Shown: positions 26,866 through 36,722, numbered from the stretch's first letter. The stretch: DNA of 64,000 nt from a virus (IMGVR_UViG_3300020577_008668:1-64000), one strand, 5' to 3'. Translations and numbers: made by a program. Notes: generated by a model not told the origin, from the sequence alone.

Positions 26866-27617
26866 AAATCCATGGCCTTTCAGTTATGAGAAATGAAGCA
26901 GACAGGTATCTTGCAGATTGTCTGCAATGGAACCTACCTTTTTTTGATGATTGGTTTATCTGGGACGATAGGTCTACTGATGGGTCTGTTGATCTTGCTG
27001 AGACTTTGAGTGAGAAAATCACTGTAGGTGTTAGGGGGATGACTGATCTTTCTTTTATGGAACATGAAGGCCGGTTTCGTCAGGATGGTTGGGAGGCTTT
27101 CGAGAAGGCTATTCGACCTGAACATAAGGATGTCGTTGTTGCTGTCGATTTAGATGAGTTTATTACCTTAAAAGAGTCTTGTGATCCAGCTTATGTGAGG
27201 TCTGCTTTTGAGTCTTTTGCAGCGAAGGCAGGTGGGTATGTCTCGCAAGAGATTTCTTTTGTGGAGGTTTTTGATGTAGACCTTAGAGGGGTTCCTTCTT
27301 TCCGCACAGATGGGTTTTGGGGGAATATTTCGGGTAAGCGACTTTTTTCATACAAGGTTGGTGGAAAATTCCCTGATCGACCTATGGGGTGTGGGTCTGC
27401 TCCTGAGTATGTTTTGAAGACGTCCGCCTTAGGTGCTCATCCAGAGTTAAGGTTCCTTCATTATGGTTATGCTGTTTTTGAGGATAGGGTTGACAAGTTT
27501 GATCGGTATTCTTCTTTGGGAAATTCTGGGCATCATTCTTCCCATATTAATAGTATTTTGACTCTTCCCACATTACACCAGTGGGCAGGCCCACATCCCT
27601 TTTTGTCTGAAAAGTAA
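26862..27617 (+). CDS. GT2-like glycosyltransferase
   Basis: MRNEA..L, DDRSTDGS, VDLDEF, LHYGY. Confidence 0.82.
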   Translation: MKIHGLSVMRNEADRYLADCLQWNLPFFDDWFIWDDRSTDGSVDLAETLSEKITVGVRGMTDLSFMEHEGRFRQDGWEAFEKAIRPEHKDVVVAVDLDEFITLKESCDPAYVRSAFESFAAKAGGYVSQEISFVEVFDVDLRGVPSFRTDGFWGNISGKRLFSYKVGGKFPDRPMGCGSAPEYVLKTSALGAHPELRFLHYGYAVFEDRVDKFDRYSSLGNSGHHSSHINSILTLPTLHQWAGPHPFLSEK

Positions 27618-27655
27618 AGACGGATGTCGTAGAGTTTTTATGGAGGTTAGTTCAT

Positions 27656-28330
27656 ATGCCAGCTAAGAAAAATCCAGAGTTTGATATCGCTGATCTAATT
27701 GAAGACAGCTCTTCTCTACAAGAGGCTCCTGTTTACGTGGAGGGGCCATCAGGGTCCAGGTATCAGGTGCTTAACCAGTTTGAGGCTGATCACTACAAGT
27801 CTTTATCTGAAAGATATCAGGAAGATAACGTTCTAGAGAATGTTTCTGATGTCCAGGAACTCGATCGTATTCTCATGATGGAACTGATGATGTACCGCTG
27901 GGGGCTTTGGTTGATCCAAGAGAAAGACTATGATGATAAGAGGGTTAATCCTTCTGAGTTGCAAAAAAGCATCTCTTCTTACTCTAAGGAGATTCGTGAG
28001 ATCAAAAAAGATCTAGGAATGGATAAGAGCACCAGGGATAAGGATCAAGGTGAATCCCTATCGGGTTACATTCAGAACCTTTTGAGAAGGGCTGAGGAAT
28101 TTGGTATTTCTCGTAATGATCAGGCGGTTGAGGCGATTAATACGCTCATGGAGCTGAGGGGGTACATTACCCTTTACCGAAATTCAAATGATGCTGAACG
28201 CAAAGAATTTCACGTCACATTAGAAGAGATCATTCAGTGGTGCGAAAAGAGTTTCGAAAAATTTGATGAGATTGATGCGGCCTTGAGAGAAAATCAAAAA
28301 TACTGGATTCACGACATTTCTAAGGTGTGA
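27656..28330 (+). CDS. Helical protein, candidate terminase small subunit
   Basis: SD GGAGG; position upstream of terL; function inferred from position only. Confidence 0.45.
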   Translation: MPAKKNPEFDIADLIEDSSSLQEAPVYVEGPSGSRYQVLNQFEADHYKSLSERYQEDNVLENVSDVQELDRILMMELMMYRWGLWLIQEKDYDDKRVNPSELQKSISSYSKEIREIKKDLGMDKSTRDKDQGESLSGYIQNLLRRAEEFGISRNDQAVEAINTLMELRGYITLYRNSNDAERKEFHVTLEEIIQWCEKSFEKFDEIDAALRENQKYWIHDISKV

Positions 28331-28334
28331 CGAT

Positions 28335-28865
28335 ATGGCAACACGGAAAAGTTGGGATGATAAATTTGAGGAAATCGCTAAAGAATTTCCCTTGGTTAGA
28401 AGGTTTAATTGGGAAACAGCTATTCTGAATGATTCAGATTTATTTACTACCTTGCTGGCTGATGTTATAAAGTCCGGGCGTAAGTTAAAAAAACCGGGGA
28501 AACGCCCAAGTTTGTCACGTAAGGACTCTGAGGAGAAATTAAGTCAGCTTGCTGCTGAGGACTTTAGTGAGTTAGAGTTCAAAGATGCTTTCATTGCTCT
28601 TTCTTCTAATCGAAGTATCCGGCACACTGCTAGTAAGACTGGGTTAGATAGAAATATTGTTTACGGCTTATTGAATGGAACCCGACTTCCTTCATTCAGG
28701 GAGATGGAGCAAATTGCTTCTTCGTTCGGGAAAGACCCAAGTTTCTTTTTGGAGTATAGGATTGGGTTTGTTCTTTCTAAAATGAATCAGTTTCTTTTTT
28801 CCTCGCCGGAAACAGCGGCATTTTGGTACAAGAACTTTAAGTCTGATGTGATTACGATTTCATAA
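28335..28865 (+). CDS. XRE-type HTH protein
   Basis: SIRHTASKTGLDRNIVYGLLNGTRLPSFREMEQIASSFG. Confidence 0.75.
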   Translation: MATRKSWDDKFEEIAKEFPLVRRFNWETAILNDSDLFTTLLADVIKSGRKLKKPGKRPSLSRKDSEEKLSQLAAEDFSELEFKDAFIALSSNRSIRHTASKTGLDRNIVYGLLNGTRLPSFREMEQIASSFGKDPSFFLEYRIGFVLSKMNQFLFSSPETAAFWYKNFKSDVITIS

Positions 28866-28877
28866 GAGGACGGGTTT

Positions 28878-30944
28878 ATGAGCAAGGTTTTGACTAACTT
28901 AACCGAACAGGAACGGTACTTGGTATCACTGCTCACTGATCGTTCAGGGATAGATCAGTTTGAGTTCATGATTTATGACCCAGCTTTCCGAGAAAATGAC
29001 GGGCTTTTTAGGGCTTGGCCTTTTCAGTATCACTGGTTCCGATGTAAGGACCCTTTGGTCATTAGCCAGGGTAGTCGAAGTGCTGGGAAGAGTCAGTCGG
29101 CTGTGCTGTCGGCTTTAGCTTTCCCGTTCACTTATCCTGGACAAGAGATGGTTATTACAGCCCCAGAGTCTGTTCATTTGCAGGCTTTAACTGATAAGAT
29201 CGAAACAATGTTTGTGAACAACAGGCTTCCTAGGGACATGCTGGTTAGGGGAGCTGCGGGTATTAAGCATAAGCCTTTTTTGTGTAATTTCAAAAATGGG
29301 GCCAGGATCATGGGGCGGATTCCTCAAAGAGATGGTCGTGGAATGAAGGGTTGCCCTAAGGCCGATACTCCTATTCTGACAGATGCTGGAATTAAGAGAG
29401 CTGATGAGGTTCTTGTTGGAGATAGGGTGGTTAATCATCGGTTGGAGTGGGCTGATGTCACTCAGGTGATTCATGATACGAATACATGCTATGAGGTAAC
29501 TGATATTGAAGGAAACTCTATCACTGTTTCTTGGGAGCATCGTTTTTACGGAGCAGCCAAGGAGGCTTCTGGGTTTTCTGAAATGTACTTTGAGGAAGTA
29601 GATTATCTTTTAGAAGATAATTTTTTTTGGGCTATCCCGGTTGGTGAGTATGAGGGCGACCAAGTTCATGAGGAACGGAATGGGTATTTTCTTGTAGAAG
29701 TTGTTTCTGTAAGAGATGTTGGTGTTCAGTCTATTACTAATATTATTGTTAAAGATGGGCATAGTGTTCTTACGGGAAACATCATGTCTCACAATGTCCA
29801 TCCAACAGTTCTTCTACTTGATGAGGGACAGGACTATAGTCAGCAGGGTTTCGAGGAGCTTATCGAAACAGTTCTTCAGGGAGTAGAGGGAGCCCAGTGG
29901 AAGGTGTTTGGGGTAACTCGCGGTGTTCGGGATAAGTTCTATGAGTACACTCATTCTGAGGCTTGGACAGTGTTTCGTCTTCCTGCCATGTTTCGTCCTA
30001 CGTGGAATGATGCGGAACGGGCTTTGAAAGAAAGCCAGTATGGTAAACCAGATTCACCTGGCTACCGCAGAAACGTTCTTGGCTTACACGGGGACCAAAA
30101 TTCGAGCATTTTTGTCCTGTCGCGATTGATGGCCTGTTGTGACACAAGTCACTCCAGCTTTTACAATGAAAATGAATACTGGAATATCGAATTCGATGAT
30201 TCTGACGTTGAGGAAGCTGGTGACATCATTAGTCTAATTGATCCACCAGGCACTCACGCTAAGTATAAGAACTTTTGGATTGGGTCTGACATTGGATGGA
30301 CTTTAGCCCCGACAGTGATTGTTATTTTTGCGGAAATTGCAGAAAAAGGGAAGGAACCCTCACTGAAACTATTGGGTCGGATCACTATGCGTCGAATTAA
30401 GACGATTGATCAGGCAGACGTTTTTATACACCTTATCAATACGTATAGACCTTTGGCTTTTGCTATGGACTCTACCGGGGCGGGGTTTCCTCTTCTAGAA
30501 CTGATCCAGGAAAAGGCTAGAACTCATGATGAGCTATATAGCGTTGTGGAAAGGATTAAGGGCTATAATTTTAGCGAGAAGGTTGTAGCCGAGTTTGATG
30601 ATACAGTGGAAATTGACGAGGATGATCCTGAGGGATACAAGAGGGCTGAGATTAGAAAGCCAGTTCTAGTTTGGGCTACCGATGTGCTTAGGATGCTTGT
30701 TGATGAAAAGAGACTTATCCTTCCGTGGGATAAGGAGCTTATTGGTGAGTTTCAGGGTCAAACTGTTACTTATGCAAAGGATGCGTTAGATCCATATGGG
30801 CGAAAAAGACTCTACTCATTTGGTTACTTCCACTCGTTGGATGCATGTCGAATGGCTGCTTTGGCTTTTAAGCAGAACGCTATCGAACAGTTTATTAAGA
30901 ATCAGGAAGATAGTTGGGAGGCCCCGTCAGCTATCTTCTTGTAA
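28878..30944 (+). CDS. terL: Terminase large subunit with a Hint insertion
   Basis: Walker A SRSAGKS, Walker B LLLDEG, coupling motif FGVT, nuclease IGSDIG, AMDSTGAG, HSLDA. Confidence 0.9.
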   Translation: MSKVLTNLTEQERYLVSLLTDRSGIDQFEFMIYDPAFRENDGLFRAWPFQYHWFRCKDPLVISQGSRSAGKSQSAVLSALAFPFTYPGQEMVITAPESVHLQALTDKIETMFVNNRLPRDMLVRGAAGIKHKPFLCNFKNGARIMGRIPQRDGRGMKGCPKADTPILTDAGIKRADEVLVGDRVVNHRLEWADVTQVIHDTNTCYEVTDIEGNSITVSWEHRFYGAAKEASGFSEMYFEEVDYLLEDNFFWAIPVGEYEGDQVHEERNGYFLVEVVSVRDVGVQSITNIIVKDGHSVLTGNIMSHNVHPTVLLLDEGQDYSQQGFEELIETVLQGVEGAQWKVFGVTRGVRDKFYEYTHSEAWTVFRLPAMFRPTWNDAERALKESQYGKPDSPGYRRNVLGLHGDQNSSIFVLSRLMACCDTSHSSFYNENEYWNIEFDDSDVEEAGDIISLIDPPGTHAKYKNFWIGSDIGWTLAPTVIVIFAEIAEKGKEPSLKLLGRITMRRIKTIDQADVFIHLINTYRPLAFAMDSTGAGFPLLELIQEKARTHDELYSVVERIKGYNFSEKVVAEFDDTVEIDEDDPEGYKRAEIRKPVLVWATDVLRMLVDEKRLILPWDKELIGEFQGQTVTYAKDALDPYGRKRLYSFGYFHSLDACRMAALAFKQNAIEQFIKNQEDSWEAPSAIFL
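29352..29795 (+). mobile_element. Mini-intein / Hint domain (148 aa) with non-nucleophilic +1 Val
   Basis: CPKADTPILTDAG, VGDRV, block B TVSWEHRFY, block F/G ITNIIV..GHSVLTGNIMSHN, then GTC (Val). Confidence 0.85.
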
Positions 30945-30954
30945 CTTCCGCTGC

Positions 30955-31251
30955 ATGTTTTGTGGGAGTAGGGCAGTTTTCCCCATTTCTAAGCACGGGA
31001 TTGAGTTTGTGATTTGTGGACCGTGTGCTCTTCGGACGGAGATATATGCCTTACTTAGCGGAAGCTCAGAGCGTGGTGTTTTTGTTGAGCTGAGGTGCGG
31101 TAAGAGTGTGATAAAGTTTGGTCCGATGATTTATTCCGACATTGTCGGGTTGATGATCGAACTTCGATTTTATGGCACGTTGAACGGCAAGAAAGGTTCT
31201 GAAAAATGGCTCCTGACGACCCTATTAAAGTCTGGCGCGAAGAACTCGTAG
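30955..31251 (+). CDS. Possible hypothetical protein
   Basis: Fills the terL-downstream gap; no SD; weak support. Confidence 0.3.
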   Translation: MFCGSRAVFPISKHGIEFVICGPCALRTEIYALLSGSSERGVFVELRCGKSVIKFGPMIYSDIVGLMIELRFYGTLNGKKGSEKWLLTTLLKSGAKNS

Positions 31252-31499
31252 GTTATCTAGAGGATTACTATAGTTACAGGGAGTTAGATCAACCTGCGGA
31301 GATACTTAAAAGACTTTCTGCTTACTCAGCTAGAGCCAGGTATATGCGTAACGTCTGTATTAGGTCAGGTAATAAGATCGCTTCTTCCTTTAGACTGGAA
31401 GAGATTGATCCTTTCTTGAACGAAACCGAATTCCAGTTCAAAATATGGTCAAGGGTTGCTTCCATTAGCAGCCAAGAGTGGGAGATGTCGAGAGGGTGA
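31206..31499 (+). CDS. Hypothetical protein
   Basis: 97 aa helical ORF before the portal. Confidence 0.65.
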   Translation: MAPDDPIKVWREELVGYLEDYYSYRELDQPAEILKRLSAYSARARYMRNVCIRSGNKIASSFRLEEIDPFLNETEFQFKIWSRVASISSQEWEMSRG

Positions 31500-31505
31500 C
31501 GTATT

Positions 31506-33227
31506 GTGATTGAAGAAGAGTACGATTCTGAATTAGGTTCTGTTCTGGTTGTCAATGAATCTGGATTACCTGATGACGTGGTTCTTAGCGAGGTAAGGTC
31601 TCAAGTAAGGTCCCCTGAGATAGCTTCTTTAAGTCGGTGGACTATTGAGAACACAGGGTATAACAGAACAAATAATTCAAACATCTTCAATCGTGATCGT
31701 TACGTAATTCCTCGTGGGCTTTTTGATAAGTTCCGTATGGCCGCTGATGCTGCCCGTGCTGATGATGTTGTTGCTGGGGTTTGCGAGACGACTGAGCAAT
31801 TGGCTTTTAAGCGCATCGTCGTTGAGTGTGATGACGATCAGCAGTATGATATTTGGAATCAGATATCTGAAGACCTTGACACCCCTCAGAGAATGAGGGA
31901 AATTTGGCGAGAAATTTTCACCATTAATCAGTGCTACCCCGCCTTGCTGTGGACTAGAAAAACTTACAAGGTTAGAGGGAAAGCTTCAGGTGGACGGAAG
32001 TCAAAGAAGGAATTCAAAGACGTTATCGTCCCTCGCGGCATCACTTTACTTGATCCTTGTAAGGTGGTTCCCTTGGGGGACCTTATGTTCGGTAATGAAA
32101 AATTGGTTTACTTGGCTTCTTCTTCTGAAGCTGAGGCTTTTGACCGGGTGATTGCCGGGGCGAACACTTCTGACCTTGTTGTTACTCAGCTTATTGTGGG
32201 TAGGTATGAGCCTACAAGAAAAGAGAAGTCGCTCATTCAGGAGCTAACAGGTGACAGTATCGCTTCAGACACCTACCTTCTTGATCCTGATAAAGTTTGG
32301 CGGATAACGTCAACTAGGCCAGATTATCAGCGATTTGCTGATGTGCGGATGGAATCCGTTTTTGAGCTTCTGGATATGAAGCATCAGCTTCGAGCAATGG
32401 ACCGCATGTCCCTTCTGGCTTCTACAAATGCCATTATTCTCGTAAAGAAGGGCTCTGACGATAAGCCTGCCAAGCAGCAGGAATTGGACCTTCTACAAAC
32501 CCAAATCGGTGGGACTTCTCGTCAGCCGATCATCATCTCAGATCATCGTATTGAGATTGAGATCATTACCCCTAAGCTAGATAAGACTTTGGCCCCTGAG
32601 CGTTACAATGGGATTGATTCACGTATCTCAGCTCGGCTTTACCAGCTTTTAACGACCGGTAATTATAGTGCTGGGACGGCGGCAGATAACTCTTTGAAAC
32701 TTTTCCAAGTCATCTCTGCGTCCATGGAGGCCCGTAGGGACTCTATTCGGGACAGTATCTTTAAGCATGTCTTTAAGAAAATTCAGGAGAAGAACGATCA
32801 TCTCTTTACCGAAGATGTGAAGTTGCAGTTTTATCCTCGTCGTATTGCTTTGGCTTTTGATCCGAACCTGGCTACTTTCATGATGGACCTGAGAGACGCA
32901 AATGACCTTTCTAGGGACACCATGTTGCAAGAGTTGGATATTTCAGAAGAAGACGAAGCCATTAAGGTTGAGCGGGAAAATGAACGGTTCAATAAGATAT
33001 TTGACCAACCTGCGTTAGATAGGCAAGCGGCTCAGCTTGAACTTCAGCAAATGTCGTCTCCTTCAGATCAACCCGCTCAGCCGACTTTAGAGGACCCAAA
33101 TTCACCAAAGGGAGCTACTCCGCGAGTGGGAGGTAGACGTGGGGGTGGTAGAAAGAATGGGGGAGGAATGAATCGCGACTCTCAAAGGTCGAATCCTCCC
33201 CGTGGTGAACAAAAGGAAACTAATTAA
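31506..33227 (+). CDS. Portal protein
   Basis: 573 aa between terL and the head genes; portal-like length with a low-complexity C-tail. Confidence 0.7.
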   Translation: MIEEEYDSELGSVLVVNESGLPDDVVLSEVRSQVRSPEIASLSRWTIENTGYNRTNNSNIFNRDRYVIPRGLFDKFRMAADAARADDVVAGVCETTEQLAFKRIVVECDDDQQYDIWNQISEDLDTPQRMREIWREIFTINQCYPALLWTRKTYKVRGKASGGRKSKKEFKDVIVPRGITLLDPCKVVPLGDLMFGNEKLVYLASSSEAEAFDRVIAGANTSDLVVTQLIVGRYEPTRKEKSLIQELTGDSIASDTYLLDPDKVWRITSTRPDYQRFADVRMESVFELLDMKHQLRAMDRMSLLASTNAIILVKKGSDDKPAKQQELDLLQTQIGGTSRQPIIISDHRIEIEIITPKLDKTLAPERYNGIDSRISARLYQLLTTGNYSAGTAADNSLKLFQVISASMEARRDSIRDSIFKHVFKKIQEKNDHLFTEDVKLQFYPRRIALAFDPNLATFMMDLRDANDLSRDTMLQELDISEEDEAIKVERENERFNKIFDQPALDRQAAQLELQQMSSPSDQPAQPTLEDPNSPKGATPRVGGRRGGGRKNGGGMNRDSQRSNPPRGEQKETN

Positions 33228-33254
33228 GCCGTTAGCTTTTTTGGAGGTTATTCT

Positions 33255-34091
33255 ATGTCTATAATGTTAGAGACAGATAGTACAGTTTTTTTTGCTGGAA
33301 TAGCCTCTCTCTTTGATGACGAACGTGATGTTGCATCTGATTGGGCTGGTCAGCACATCAAGACCAATAAGTACATAAAGTGGGTTATCGGTAAGTACGT
33401 TGAGGCTGACAAAGTTAACAACAATGGTCAGTATTGGACTTTGAAAGACCTTCAGAATAAGCACACTACTGTAGACCATACGCCTATGAACATGGGGCAT
33501 CGTCCTCATGACATTGTTGGTACAGTTGTCGCTTCTGAAATGATTTATCCTGATCGTTCGGACATGAATCCATACGTAGAAACTGTTGCCGCTTTTTGGA
33601 AGTGGTATCGACCTGAGGAATTGAAAAAGCTAGAAGAAGCTTATAGCACAGGGAATGCTTGGCAGTCGATGGAAGCAGTGTCCGACACTGTGACGTGCGT
33701 CGGTCCTGAAGGTTGTGGTGAAACCTTTGATTATGCTGGCCCTAATTCTGACACGTATTGTTCTTGCATTCAGAATCATCGTGGGCATAAGCAGTTAGAC
33801 AATCCTCATTTTCTTGGATCAGGGTTGATTATTCCACCTGATCGTCCTGGTTGGTCTAACGCTGATATTAATAGCATTGCACGTCATACGACGGATGAGC
33901 AGAAGCATGAGATGCTTGTCGCTATTGCTGACGCCGCTCCTCACTTAAGCTCCTCTGAGTGGGAAAAGGTGATGTGGACTTTGCAGTTTGAAGCTTTTTC
34001 TAACGAGAATGCCGTTGTTGAATCTAAGAAAACATCTAGCGAGATTGCCCAGGTTGTAGCTAGTCAATTCCTAGCATCATCTAGGTACTAA
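33255..34091 (+). CDS. Prohead protease-like / capsid maturation protein
   Basis: NNNGQYW, PMNMGH...IVG, SMEA, F.GSGLI.PP..PGW..A resemble HK97-type protease elements; position. Confidence 0.6.
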   Translation: MSIMLETDSTVFFAGIASLFDDERDVASDWAGQHIKTNKYIKWVIGKYVEADKVNNNGQYWTLKDLQNKHTTVDHTPMNMGHRPHDIVGTVVASEMIYPDRSDMNPYVETVAAFWKWYRPEELKKLEEAYSTGNAWQSMEAVSDTVTCVGPEGCGETFDYAGPNSDTYCSCIQNHRGHKQLDNPHFLGSGLIIPPDRPGWSNADINSIARHTTDEQKHEMLVAIADAAPHLSSSEWEKVMWTLQFEAFSNENAVVESKKTSSEIAQVVASQFLASSRY

Positions 34092-34164
34092 TTTTTGTCT
34101 TTCGGATCTTTATCTTTTTTAAAGTGTTCCGTTAAGTTTTTCAGACACCTGAAGGGATTATTCT

Positions 34165-34866
34165 ATGAGTTCACTCAAAGAGCAGCATGATAAACTACTT
34201 GCTGAAAAACCGGATGATGTCGAACACGACACAGCAAACTGTGTGATATGTACACCTAATACAATCACTACAAATCCCGGAGGGGGTGACATGAAGACTT
34301 ACACCGAAGATGAATTTACTGCTGCTGTTCAAGAAGCTGTTGCCTCCCTTCAATCTATCAATGATACGAAGGTAGCTGATCTTCAGACTAAGGTTGATGA
34401 ACTGACTGCAAAGTTGGAACTAGACGAGTTTGAAAGTCAGATTGCCGACATGCAGGCAAAACTTGATCTGGCAGAAGCAGCTACCGCTGTAGCTGTGAAA
34501 GAAACTGTAGATCTGGTTGCGTATCTGGAAGGTCTTGAGGTCGAGGCTGCTGAGGCGGCTCGTCTTGAGACTATTAAGACAGATCGTCGTGCAGCTATCG
34601 CTGAGGCAACCGCTTTTAGTGATGAGCAGATCGACGCCAAGATCGACCGATGGGTTGCAATGGACGAAGATATGTTCAATGCAATTCTTGAAGACCTTAA
34701 AGCTGTTGCAGCTCCTGTTTCTGTTGAGACTGAAGCTGTGTCGACTGAGTCGACTGAGACAGCAATGGAAAATGTCCGTGATGTTGAACATTCAGCACCC
34801 TCACCTATGGCTGGCATCCTGGATGCCCGTAGTCGGGGTCTAGATGTTCGAGATCTCCATATCTGA
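34165..34866 (+). CDS. Scaffolding protein
   Basis: Acidic coiled-coil upstream of the capsid genes. Confidence 0.65.
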   Translation: MSSLKEQHDKLLAEKPDDVEHDTANCVICTPNTITTNPGGGDMKTYTEDEFTAAVQEAVASLQSINDTKVADLQTKVDELTAKLELDEFESQIADMQAKLDLAEAATAVAVKETVDLVAYLEGLEVEAAEAARLETIKTDRRAAIAEATAFSDEQIDAKIDRWVAMDEDMFNAILEDLKAVAAPVSVETEAVSTESTETAMENVRDVEHSAPSPMAGILDARSRGLDVRDLHI

Positions 34867-34887
34867 TTTTAGAAAGGAGGGGTGAGT

Positions 34888-35460
34888 ATGTCCTCATATG
34901 GTCGTAATTTTGATTTTCGAGTGACACCGAAAGGTGGACAGCGTCAGGGTCGTTACTACAACGACGACACCATCGCTATTCCTATCGGTGCACCTGTTGT
35001 TACTAGCGGTCACAATGACGGTCTCGGTCGTCAGGGTCTTGTTCTTGCAAAGACCGCTCAAAACAAGCCTCTTCCCGGCAAGGGTGGCATCATTGTTTAC
35101 GAGTACGCTCCCGCAGCGTTTGCTGGGCACGATCCTGTGTCCACTACGTACTCAGACCTTGATACAGCCCCTAAGGGTAAGGCTGCACAGCTGATTCACG
35201 GTATCGACGTTAAGGTCGTGCTGAAGAACACTACCATTAACTCTTTTGGCGGGCGGACTGGTTACCCGACAACTCGGAAGATGGTCGCTGGGATTGGTCA
35301 GGCTACTCCAACAGTCGCTGTAGGTGACATGCTCACCCCTGGTGTCGGTTCCGACTCTGGTGGGTATTGGGCTGAAACCTCAAACGTTGCTGAGGCTTGG
35401 CTCATCGTTACTTCTGTCAACAACGACACGGGCGAAGTTGAAGCCCGTCTGAACTTCTGA
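34888..35460 (+). CDS. Capsid decoration/accessory protein
   Basis: Strong SD AAGGAGG; highly biased codons; between scaffold and MCP. Confidence 0.55.
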   Translation: MSSYGRNFDFRVTPKGGQRQGRYYNDDTIAIPIGAPVVTSGHNDGLGRQGLVLAKTAQNKPLPGKGGIIVYEYAPAAFAGHDPVSTTYSDLDTAPKGKAAQLIHGIDVKVVLKNTTINSFGGRTGYPTTRKMVAGIGQATPTVAVGDMLTPGVGSDSGGYWAETSNVAEAWLIVTSVNNDTGEVEARLNF

Positions 35461-35474
35461 GGGAGGTGTTTTAA

Positions 35475-36434
35475 ATGGCTAGATACACTATTGAAAAGCA
35501 GTTCTCTCGTGAAGAGGAAAAAGCTCTAGGTCGTCAGCTTCAGGCTCTCAATGATGAGGCAAAAGTCCAGCTGAACAGCGCCAACGCTGAGCAGTGGCTT
35601 TCTGAGCGTGCTCAGGAAATGACTGACGCAATCTACGAGGGGTTCAAGCATGAGAATCTGATTTCTCTGTTCTCGAACGTTGTCAATGTTCCTTGGGAGC
35701 AGCGGGTCACATGGTCCGAGGTTCGGGGCATGAAGGCTTATTGGCTGGCTCGCGGTGGTTACATTGAGGCTAGCTCGGTTCATAAGGAAGTAGCGGAAGT
35801 CGAACGTGACATCGTTGGGTTCCATGTCTACGAATTCCTTGAGAAGCTGGAAGCGAACTTTGGCGAAACTGCTTCAACTCTGATTGATCTTGGTACTGAA
35901 CGTCTTGATGCTGAGATTAACTCTCGTTTCTTCACTATGGTGCAAGAGGCTGTGGGGGTTGGTCACCAGAACTACCATACTGGTTCCGGTATTTCACTGG
36001 CAACAGTGAACGAGGCGATTGGTGCGGTACGTGACGCATCCAAGCAGCAGAATGTTGCTATTGTTGGTCGAGCTGGGGTACTTAACTCTCTCATGTTCGA
36101 ACTGATGGGAACTTCTCTTAACGGAAGCGGTTTCCTTCCTTCGACGAACGAGCAGATCATTCGTGATGGTATTCTGGGTACTTACCTGGGCGCACCTCTG
36201 GTACCTCTCGTTAATTATCTTGATGATAATGATGAGAGCTACTTCCCTGCGAATGAGATGTATGTGATTGCTCCTGATGCATCCAAGTGGGTGTTCTGGG
36301 GTAGTTCACGGTCTTCGTCTTGGGTTGAGGATGATGCTGATTACTGGCATTTCCGCCTCAAGAAAGAGACCGGTGGCGTGATCCATCACAGCAATCGTAT
36401 CGCCCGGCTTGTGGATACCTCGGTTGCTCCTTGA
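35475..36434 (+). CDS. Major capsid protein
   Basis: 319 aa, SD GGAGG, strong codon bias, followed by a terminator; HK97-like G.LGTYLGAPLV. Confidence 0.75.
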   Translation: MARYTIEKQFSREEEKALGRQLQALNDEAKVQLNSANAEQWLSERAQEMTDAIYEGFKHENLISLFSNVVNVPWEQRVTWSEVRGMKAYWLARGGYIEASSVHKEVAEVERDIVGFHVYEFLEKLEANFGETASTLIDLGTERLDAEINSRFFTMVQEAVGVGHQNYHTGSGISLATVNEAIGAVRDASKQQNVAIVGRAGVLNSLMFELMGTSLNGSGFLPSTNEQIIRDGILGTYLGAPLVPLVNYLDDNDESYFPANEMYVIAPDASKWVFWGSSRSSSWVEDDADYWHFRLKKETGGVIHHSNRIARLVDTSVAP

Positions 36435-36472
36435 TAGCTAGCTTTCTACGATAGTTAGTTTTCTACCTAGGA

Positions 36473-36506
36473 AGGGGGGCTCGCTTCGGCGGGTCCCCCT
36501 TTTTTT
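36473..36506 (+). terminator. Intrinsic terminator after the MCP
   Basis: GGGGGGCTCGC-TTCG-GCGGGTCCCCC followed by T7. Confidence 0.88.
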
Positions 36507-36559
36507 GTGTTCGGAAGGTGACATAATGTGGGTAAACTTTGCTTTGTTCCGTTAATAAA

Positions 36560-36705
36560 ATATCTTGGATAACTTTGTGGTCGGGTTATCCTAAGAATGA
36601 CCCATTCGTGCGGTCCGCAAACTCCTCCGTCTCTCCCACGGGCGGGGGAGTTTGTGTTTTTCCCATAGAAAGTCTGGTATACTACCGTTGTTTCTATAGG
36701 ACTAA
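36560..36705 (+). ncRNA. Candidate small RNA or attenuator leader
   Basis: Downstream of TCCGTTA; alternative hairpins, then a 15-bp stem with a U-tract. Confidence 0.4.
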
Positions 36706-36722
36706 AGTAAAATGGAGTTAGC

